From positions 1-32,338 of the IMG/VR virus record IMGVR_UViG_3300046710_000506: DNA of 32,338 nucleotides, one strand, 5' to 3'. The translations under genes were made by a program, and so were the position numbers. The notes beneath the pieces were generated by a model that saw only the letters and a program-made list of their open reading frames with translations, searched no databases and had not been told where the DNA came from. Each line of letters begins with the position of its first letter. The stretch's first letter is position 1. Of this stretch, positions 25,918 through 32,338 are shown piece by piece. Source of the stretch: a virus (taxonomy: Duplodnaviria; Caudoviricetes).

Positions 25918-25952
25918 GTCCTTTAATTAAGAGAGCAGAGAATATATACTTG
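25918..25952 (+). promoter_or_regulatory. Putative late promoter, copy 3
   Basis: GTCCTTT-N20-TATACTTG; ATG at 25957. Confidence 0.6.
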
Positions 25953-25956
25953 CACC

Positions 25957-26289
25957 ATGATTCGATTATCTAATGTGCTTGAGCAGATGGATCAACTGGA
26001 CGGTAATGAAAAGCCGGTTAAGTTCGATATCAAGTTTGTGACGGCTGACAGGATAAGGAAAACGGGCGGGGAGATCATTGAAATAAAGCAGGGATGCAAA
26101 TGTGTGGGGAAGAAGAACGGAAAAGTGGTGTTTGATACCCGCAAGGCATCCACTGATATTCCGAAGATCCCGAAGGATCCTAATCATTGGGTTAATTCTA
26201 CGCGAAATATATTATTACCAAACGGCCTGATACGCAAGGTTCACATAAGATTGATCATTGAGTTCAATGGCCAGAAAGTTTGTTTCTAA
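25957..26289 (+). CDS. Hypothetical phage protein preceding the portal
   Basis: 110 aa; PNHWVNSTRNI...IEFNGQKV. Confidence 0.7.
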   Translation: MIRLSNVLEQMDQLDGNEKPVKFDIKFVTADRIRKTGGEIIEIKQGCKCVGKKNGKVVFDTRKASTDIPKIPKDPNHWVNSTRNILLPNGLIRKVHIRLIIEFNGQKVCF

Positions 26290-27650
26290 TGAAAAACAGA
26301 GCTACAATAGTTGAAGAGGGTTATGCAATACTTCCCGGAGCTAAAGGCAAAGGGGCCCTCGTTATTGGCAAGGGACTTGTAAAACCTGATGTTGCCAAAG
26401 ATAAACCGGCTGTTCCTTATGACCAGACAGGGCTGCCATTTTCCATCTGGGGGGATGATAATCTTTTTCCCCAGAATGTTCTAACTGATCTTGGAAAGAG
26501 TCATGTGGCCAGTAAGGCAATAGAAAAACGACAGACGATTCATTTTGGACGCGGGATCATCGCTTACAGGAATATGAAAGATGCAACCGGCGTGATGAAC
26601 CAGGAGGTTGTCAATGACCAGGAGATCATGGATTTTTTTGAAATCAATACCATAAATTTTCAATGGCCGAAACTGATCCTGGGACTTGAAACATTATATA
26701 ATGCATGGATTGAGGTGATCCTGAACAAGGGAAGGGACCGCATCAACCGGTTTTACGTGAAGGATTCTGCCTATTGCCGGATGGCAAAGATGGATCCCGT
26801 TACCCGCAAGATCCCTTATCTCTATTATTCTGCTCAATGGGAGATGGCTCCGGATGCTGAATCGGAAGTGGTTGAAAAGATACCGATGTGGGATCCTTCG
26901 AAACTCGACCCGGTTACCGGAGTATACCCGGATGGGAAATTTGCCATCCAGCTTACCTACCAGACGCTCAACACAACCTTCTATTCGCTGGCTCCATGGA
27001 ACGCAGTACGCGTTAACAAGTGGATGGATATAGCAGCGAAGGTACCGGCCCTGAAATATGCCATCATGAAGAACCAGATGACAATCAAATATCATGTTCA
27101 GATCCCGGATTTTTATTTCGACAATAAATACCCTTCTCCTGATTATACAAAGGAACAGAGAACGAAAGGGATACAGGAGACTCTGGATGAGTTGAACGAT
27201 TTTTTATCAGACGTGGAGAACTCGGGGAAGAGCTTTGTATCAATGCTCACCTGGGATAAGATTGAGAAGAAACTCAAGGATGGATGGAAGATAGAGGTAA
27301 TCGATAATAAGCTCGTCGATGGAGCTTATCTTCCCGATACACAGGCAGCCAACTCGGAGATCCTCTTTGGGATGGGAGTGGACCCCTGCCTGATCGGAAG
27401 CTCGGGAGTACCGGGTGGCGGCGGCAAGCTGGGAGCAGGATCCGGATCTGACAAACGGGAAGCCTACTGGATGCTGAATGCCGACATGGGCATTTCACGG
27501 CAGAGTTCACTCTGGCCGCTTTACTTCGTGAAGAGGTTCAACAAATGGGATCCGGCCATCCAGTTCGATTATGTGACTGTGGATACCAGCCAGACTCAGG
27601 ACCAACACCCGACAAAAACAGAAAAACGTATTGACATAAATCAAGCATAA
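26289..27650 (+). CDS. Portal protein
   Basis: About 453 aa after the terminase; WGDDNLFP, ENSGKSF, GVDPCLIG, GSDKREA. Confidence 0.75.
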   Translation: MKNRATIVEEGYAILPGAKGKGALVIGKGLVKPDVAKDKPAVPYDQTGLPFSIWGDDNLFPQNVLTDLGKSHVASKAIEKRQTIHFGRGIIAYRNMKDATGVMNQEVVNDQEIMDFFEINTINFQWPKLILGLETLYNAWIEVILNKGRDRINRFYVKDSAYCRMAKMDPVTRKIPYLYYSAQWEMAPDAESEVVEKIPMWDPSKLDPVTGVYPDGKFAIQLTYQTLNTTFYSLAPWNAVRVNKWMDIAAKVPALKYAIMKNQMTIKYHVQIPDFYFDNKYPSPDYTKEQRTKGIQETLDELNDFLSDVENSGKSFVSMLTWDKIEKKLKDGWKIEVIDNKLVDGAYLPDTQAANSEILFGMGVDPCLIGSSGVPGGGGKLGAGSGSDKREAYWMLNADMGISRQSSLWPLYFVKRFNKWDPAIQFDYVTVDTSQTQDQHPTKTEKRIDINQA

Positions 27651-28651
27651 TGTCACTCATCACAGATATTTCCCAGGTAAGATCGGCTTCGACAATCAAT
27701 ATAAGTAATGTTCTCACTAATTATGAGCCATATATTGATGAAGCTGAGCAGCGTTTTATCAAACCCTATATCGGGGAAGCATTCTATGATCTGCTCGAAG
27801 AGGTTGTGAACGGGAGCGGATCGGGAGATAATTCCCAATATGATATTATTTTGATGCGTATCCGGATCCCGTTGGCATTATATGCTCTGTGGATCGGCAC
27901 CGACGAACTTGCTTTGAGCGTTGGGGCACAGGGAATTCAGACCATTCAGACGGATTCACACCGTCCGGCGATGCAATACCAAATCATGAACCTGAAGGAG
28001 TCATGGATCGCCAGGGCAAACCTGAACATGGACCTGCTTTTGAAATACCTGGAGGATCACCGCTCAGATTTCCCGGAATATATCCCGGTTGACAATGATC
28101 TGTTTATTCATAATGCAAAGGAATTCCAGAAGGTAATCGATATTCGCGAAAGCAGGCGTGTATTCATCTCTTTGAAGCCGGTCATCGCCAGCATTGAGAA
28201 AAAATATATCCGTCCTACTCTCGGAAGCGATTATTTTGATGAACTGAAGGGGATCCTGAATGGTAGCGGAAGCTCTGATATCTCAAATGATGACCAGACA
28301 ATACTGGATCTGATTCGTCCTGCACTGGCCCACCTTACCCTGGAGCGGGCGCTGCAGGAGATATCCATCGACGTTCTGGACTGGGGAGTATTTGAGACAG
28401 CCTCGAATACTTTCGACAAGGTTCAGGGTAAAGCCAATGCCAACAGGGAAAGGATCGGGGTAATGGTTGACGCCTGCCAGAGGGATGGAGAGGCTGAGCT
28501 AAAGGAGCTGCAGGAATATCTCGACACCAATGCTTCCGCATCCAAATACACAACTTATTACAATTCTGATCGCAGGATCACCCCGGGAACGGCGCCGGAA
28601 GACCGGGTAAAATTCGTGAACGACAAAGACAAAGGAATTTTTGTAGCATAA
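27650..28651 (+). CDS. DUF6712-like protein with two internal repeats (possible head-tail adaptor)
   Basis: The halves align: EQRFIKPYIGEAFYDLL..NGSGSGD vs EKKYIRPTLGSDYFDEL..NGSGSSD; follows the portal. Confidence 0.6.
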   Translation: MSLITDISQVRSASTINISNVLTNYEPYIDEAEQRFIKPYIGEAFYDLLEEVVNGSGSGDNSQYDIILMRIRIPLALYALWIGTDELALSVGAQGIQTIQTDSHRPAMQYQIMNLKESWIARANLNMDLLLKYLEDHRSDFPEYIPVDNDLFIHNAKEFQKVIDIRESRRVFISLKPVIASIEKKYIRPTLGSDYFDELKGILNGSGSSDISNDDQTILDLIRPALAHLTLERALQEISIDVLDWGVFETASNTFDKVQGKANANRERIGVMVDACQRDGEAELKELQEYLDTNASASKYTTYYNSDRRITPGTAPEDRVKFVNDKDKGIFVA

Positions 28652-28678
28652 TATATAAACAACCAATCCTTCCTCGAA

Positions 28679-29011
28679 ATGGACATCCTGAAACTTCCAG
28701 TACATGAACCGATATGGAAATCGATTTGTAAATCTGCTGCCGGTATTGCTTTAATTATTTCTATTCTTGGATTTGTAGTTGCCGTGAGCACTAATCATGG
28801 GGCTTCGGGTGCAAAACAGGATGCTATGCAGAAGGAACTTGATGCTCTTGAAGTGAAAAAGGTGGATCGGACTGAGTTCAATTTACTTTTTCAACTTATG
28901 AAAGATATACAAACTGATGTTAGAGCGGCAAGCGATAAGATAGATACCGCGAATTTAAGAATCTGGATGCACATTAATTCTGATAAAAATAGCAGATGGA
29001 GATCAAGGTGA
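28679..29011 (+). CDS. Single-TM plus coiled-coil membrane protein (lysis cassette)
   Basis: Hydrophobic AAGIALIISILGFVVAV followed by a coiled coil. Confidence 0.55.
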   Translation: MDILKLPVHEPIWKSICKSAAGIALIISILGFVVAVSTNHGASGAKQDAMQKELDALEVKKVDRTEFNLLFQLMKDIQTDVRAASDKIDTANLRIWMHINSDKNSRWRSR

Positions 29012-29047
29012 GTAGTTTGAATTTTAATTTTTGTAACACATAAAACC

Positions 29048-29350
29048 ATGAAAAACATATTCAATGTATCTGATGAACACAAGAAGGCAGTGAAATACAC
29101 GTTAACATTGGTTTTTTTTTTAATGGCCTTGGGAATTACTATTTTCTCGGTAGATCAGTTTGTGCAATACTCAAGTTTGCCTATCGGTTTGGCAAAAGCA
29201 ACGTTAGGGATATTTGTACTTTCAATGGTTGACGACGTGATATTTCATTCAGTGGATACGATTGCAGAAATCCGAAATAAAAACACCGCTTATGCGCTCA
29301 TTTATCTTGGCAATGCTATTATCATTGCTGCCTGTATTGGCCTCTCATAG
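29048..29350 (+). CDS. Probable holin (three TM segments)
   Basis: 100 aa with three hydrophobic helices, overlapping the endolysin start. Confidence 0.6.
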   Translation: MKNIFNVSDEHKKAVKYTLTLVFFLMALGITIFSVDQFVQYSSLPIGLAKATLGIFVLSMVDDVIFHSVDTIAEIRNKNTAYALIYLGNAIIIAACIGLS

Positions 29351-29834
29351 TCAGGACCCGAAACATCTGGTAATAGCAAAATCTTATGTGGGTACTGTTG
29401 AGGCCACAGGTAATAATGACGGGCCGAAGATTGAATACATAATAAGAAGAGGGCATGGATCCCCGCACTCTTCTTATTGCGCTTATTTTGTGACACTTTG
29501 TATTGACTCAGCCAAGGTAAAAACTCCAATTGTGAGATCCGGACTGGCCAGAAGTTTCAAACTCAGAACCAGTATCCCCGCCAAAGACGTAATGTCGGGT
29601 AAAATCAAAATACCACCGGGGTCAATCCTGGTGTGGCAGCGCGGCAATACCATCAATGGCCATACCGGGTTTGTGCGGAAATGGTACACTCAATATGGTT
29701 TAACGGTTGAAGGGAATACATCTGGGGGCAATACCGGATCGCAATCCAATGGAGATGGAATATGGCTCAAGTCGCGCGGAATAGAACCTTTAAATTATTT
29801 CAGGATAACAGCATTCACACTTGTAACCTATTAA
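29292..29834 (+). CDS. CHAP-domain endolysin with N-terminal signal-like peptide
   Basis: SYCAYFV (Cys), GHTGFV (His), TVEGNT; N-terminal MRSFILAMLLSLLPVLASHS. Confidence 0.8.
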   Translation: MRSFILAMLLSLLPVLASHSQDPKHLVIAKSYVGTVEATGNNDGPKIEYIIRRGHGSPHSSYCAYFVTLCIDSAKVKTPIVRSGLARSFKLRTSIPAKDVMSGKIKIPPGSILVWQRGNTINGHTGFVRKWYTQYGLTVEGNTSGGNTGSQSNGDGIWLKSRGIEPLNYFRITAFTLVTY

Positions 29835-29926
29835 GGTATGAAAAAACACGTCCCCGATTTCTGCGTAGTCGCGCTGTTCGTTGTTTTTTATCTGATATTG
29901 ACATTCTTAAAGTAAAATCAAAGATC

Positions 29927-30127
29927 ATGACAAAAGAACAAATTTGTGCAAAATGTAGAGAGGATTATCCCGTTCCATTTTGCGAAACAAGTGAATGCAA
30001 TCAATTAAAATATGAAAAACCAAAATTTGAAGAAGCGAAGGGTTTTTCATTTATTCAAAGAACACTAAATTCGGCAACCAATACTAAAGTATGTTTACAA
30101 TGTAGTGGATGTCATGGATGTAGATGA
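29927..30127 (+). CDS. Small Cys-rich hypothetical protein
   Basis: MTKEQICAKC...CETSEC...CLQCSGCHGCR; the longer upstream extension in the ORF track overlaps the endolysin. Confidence 0.4.
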   Translation: MTKEQICAKCREDYPVPFCETSECNQLKYEKPKFEEAKGFSFIQRTLNSATNTKVCLQCSGCHGCR

Positions 30128-30834
30128 AAGACGGTAATATAATTAATCAAAACAAAATGAAACCCTGGAAGTATATAGTAATCATTGTGGCATTGGTGAT
30201 CATCTCCGGCATCTTCCTGGCATTGTTCATCCAGAAAAACAATCAGCTGAAACAAAGTCAACAGGCATTTGGCAATGTTCAGTTGGCTAATACGGTCTTA
30301 ACGAAAACCCGGGATAAACTTAACAGGGAGGTTTCTACCTTCAAAGCCTATCAGTTCACTATGCAGCAATTAAACAGCATGAACGATAGCAATATAGCCA
30401 ACCTTAAACGTGACCTATCCTATTGGAAAAACCTGGTAAGTCATACTTCAGTGGGATCTACCACACGTGATACCCTGAAGGTGCCGGTTCATGATACAGT
30501 TTTCCGTCAGGGAGACAGCACAATGACCGCCCGGGTTTTTAAATGGAATGACCGATGGATGGGTCTGCATGGATTTGTGTTCAATACTTATGCGGAAATA
30601 GACTATTCCATCCGTAATAATACTACGATAGACTATTACTGGAAGCGGGATCACTGGTATAGTAAACAATATTTTGCCGGATCCATCATCCAGGATAACC
30701 CACATACCACAACCGGGAAGGTGGTTCAGTTTACAATCGTCTCACCGCAGACAAAATGGTATGAAAAATGGTGGTTATATCTGATTGCTGGAGCCGGTGG
30801 AGGCATTATCATTGATCATTATCTGTTGAAATAA
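30124..30834 (+). CDS. Membrane-anchored coiled-coil protein, spanin-like
   Basis: N-terminal TM, coiled coil, DT repeats, C-terminal hydrophobic tail; follows the endolysin. Confidence 0.55.
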   Translation: MKDGNIINQNKMKPWKYIVIIVALVIISGIFLALFIQKNNQLKQSQQAFGNVQLANTVLTKTRDKLNREVSTFKAYQFTMQQLNSMNDSNIANLKRDLSYWKNLVSHTSVGSTTRDTLKVPVHDTVFRQGDSTMTARVFKWNDRWMGLHGFVFNTYAEIDYSIRNNTTIDYYWKRDHWYSKQYFAGSIIQDNPHTTTGKVVQFTIVSPQTKWYEKWWLYLIAGAGGGIIIDHYLLK

Positions 30835-30835
30835 T

Positions 30836-31648
30836 ATGAACACAGTCGAAATCGGTAAATTAAAGCGGCTGCTTCCATCCTCATGGAATGAACTAAGCTA
30901 TGATCAACTCATCTATGTTGCGGGATTGTTTGCTGATAAATTGACCATTGTCGATTTTAAGGCCAAGGTTCTGTTGACGTTCCTGAATATGAAAAGAGGG
31001 ATCCTTCTTAAAATTGGCAATGAAGACATTTATTTCATGGCAGAAACCCTGGATTTCCTTTTAAAGGATGTTAATCTGACCGTGAACCGAATTAAGAAGA
31101 TCCGCATGGGATTCGGCCGGTGGCTTTATGGCCCGGATGATGCGATGGGATACTGCACCTTCGGGGAGTTTGTCAAGGCCCAGGTTCGTTATGATGCATA
31201 TACATCGACCAAAGAAGAGAAATACCTGGACGAGTTGACGGCAATATTGTACCGGCCACGGAAATTCTTGTGGTTCCTACGTAAACACTTCACGGCTTCC
31301 ACAGATCCCCGGGTAGAATTCCTGGACCGTACGCTCGAAAAACGAAGTGCGCGTATTGGCAGGCTGAACCATGGTATTAAATATGGTGTATTTTTATTTG
31401 TCTCGGGGATCCTCGGAACCCTGCCAAAGAAGTTCCCGAATATTTACCGGCAGAAGGGCGATGATAATACAGAGAATCCTCAAGGGTGGGCCGGACTGAT
31501 CATCGGCCTGGCTGATGGAAAGACCGACGACGAAAGTCTTGACCGGGTGATGAACAGCAACCTCTATAATGTCTTCATGGGCCTGGAGCAAAAGGCCATA
31601 GAATATTTCAGGTTTACCGAAGAAATGGAAAAAAGAAAAACGAAATGA
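30836..31648 (+). CDS. Hypothetical phage protein (possible tail assembly chaperone)
   Basis: LPSSWNELS...Q N-terminus; TFGEF; AILYRP; lies before the tail genes. Confidence 0.5.
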   Translation: MNTVEIGKLKRLLPSSWNELSYDQLIYVAGLFADKLTIVDFKAKVLLTFLNMKRGILLKIGNEDIYFMAETLDFLLKDVNLTVNRIKKIRMGFGRWLYGPDDAMGYCTFGEFVKAQVRYDAYTSTKEEKYLDELTAILYRPRKFLWFLRKHFTASTDPRVEFLDRTLEKRSARIGRLNHGIKYGVFLFVSGILGTLPKKFPNIYRQKGDDNTENPQGWAGLIIGLADGKTDDESLDRVMNSNLYNVFMGLEQKAIEYFRFTEEMEKRKTK

Positions 31649-32157
31649 AAGATTTTAGCGTTTCAGATTATATCGAATACTTCCTGGATGTTGCCGGCAA
31701 GCATAAGGATATCAATGGTTTTTATATCATGGATATCAACGAGCTGGAGACAAGCATCCGCAATGATCTTAAATACCCGGCCATGGTGCTGGTATCCATC
31801 ACCGGTGGCATCGATGCTGAGAACGAGGATAATATACTGAACCGGCCAAAGGCGGGATTTATCATTATTGATCATGTAACTGAGGTTGATGATTTCGCCA
31901 GTGAGATACTGGCCATGGATAATACCTTCAAGATTGCCCAGCAGGTGCTGGCCAGGATCAAGAAGGATGCTGAATGCGATGGGGAGCTGGCGGATATCGA
32001 TCCATCTACCATTAAATATGAGATGATGGGGCCTGTGTTTGACAATGACTGGGGATGGCTTTTCTCTTTTGATACGCTCTATTCGATTGGCGGCCTTGCG
32101 GTGGATCCTGATGTGTGGCTCGAGGAACCGAAGGCGGGGATGAGTGGACATAAATAA
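31645..32157 (+). CDS. Hypothetical acidic phage protein (possible tail terminator)
   Basis: 170 aa with LKYPAM and GPVFDNDWGW; size and position fit. Confidence 0.5.
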   Translation: MKDFSVSDYIEYFLDVAGKHKDINGFYIMDINELETSIRNDLKYPAMVLVSITGGIDAENEDNILNRPKAGFIIIDHVTEVDDFASEILAMDNTFKIAQQVLARIKKDAECDGELADIDPSTIKYEMMGPVFDNDWGWLFSFDTLYSIGGLAVDPDVWLEEPKAGMSGHK

Positions 32158-32241
32158 AAATTTGCTTCATTATCTTCGCTATAACAAACGATCTCTCCCC
32201 GGGCGGATATATCCTATACCCTGGATTGGACAAAATTTGTC

Positions 32242-32272
32242 AAAAAAAAGCCCCCCGGTTTCCCGGGAGGCT
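32242..32272 (-). terminator. Intrinsic terminator for a minus-strand transcript entering from the right
   Basis: On the minus strand a GC-rich stem-loop (one G-U pair) is followed by a T run. Confidence 0.65.
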
Positions 32273-32338
32273 CATCAGAATCTGACCTGCGTTGTCACGA
32301 CTGATGAAACAAATCATATTGATTGTTGAATTCGTTCT

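Noticed and set aside
32144-32329. 61-aa plus-strand ORF at the right edge
   Set aside because: It runs through a minus-strand terminator hairpin and has no recognisable features.

Overview
This window is most of a temperate, tailed phage or prophage of a Bacteroidota host; the host call rests on repeated TAnnTTTG promoter boxes and the gene families. Left to right it contains the 3' end of a likely tail-fibre gene carrying a first diversity-generating retroelement (DGR1: VR, avd, TR, RT), a GH16-like hydrolase, a repressor/Cro switch and an odd tRNA-fMet-like gene. Next come a DnaG primase-helicase with an iteron origin and a Dam-type methylase. A second, unrelated DGR follows (DGR2: two tandem ~150-aa target paralogs, TR, RT, no avd). 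The rest is ClpP, major capsid, a three-gene glycosyltransferase cassette, ParB-methylase, terminases, portal, lysis genes and the start of the tail module. All three TR/VR pairs were aligned by hand and differ almost only at TR adenines. The most interesting points are the two orthogonal DGRs in one phage gene set and DGR2 diversifying two small, apparently non-structural proteins in the early/replication operon. Also notable are the glycosyltransferase cassette under a late-type promoter, the tRNA with a hairpin inserted in its anticodon loop, and a fixed-spacing GTCCTTT promoter motif. No integrase is visible. Protein calls come from motifs recognised by eye, not from database searches.
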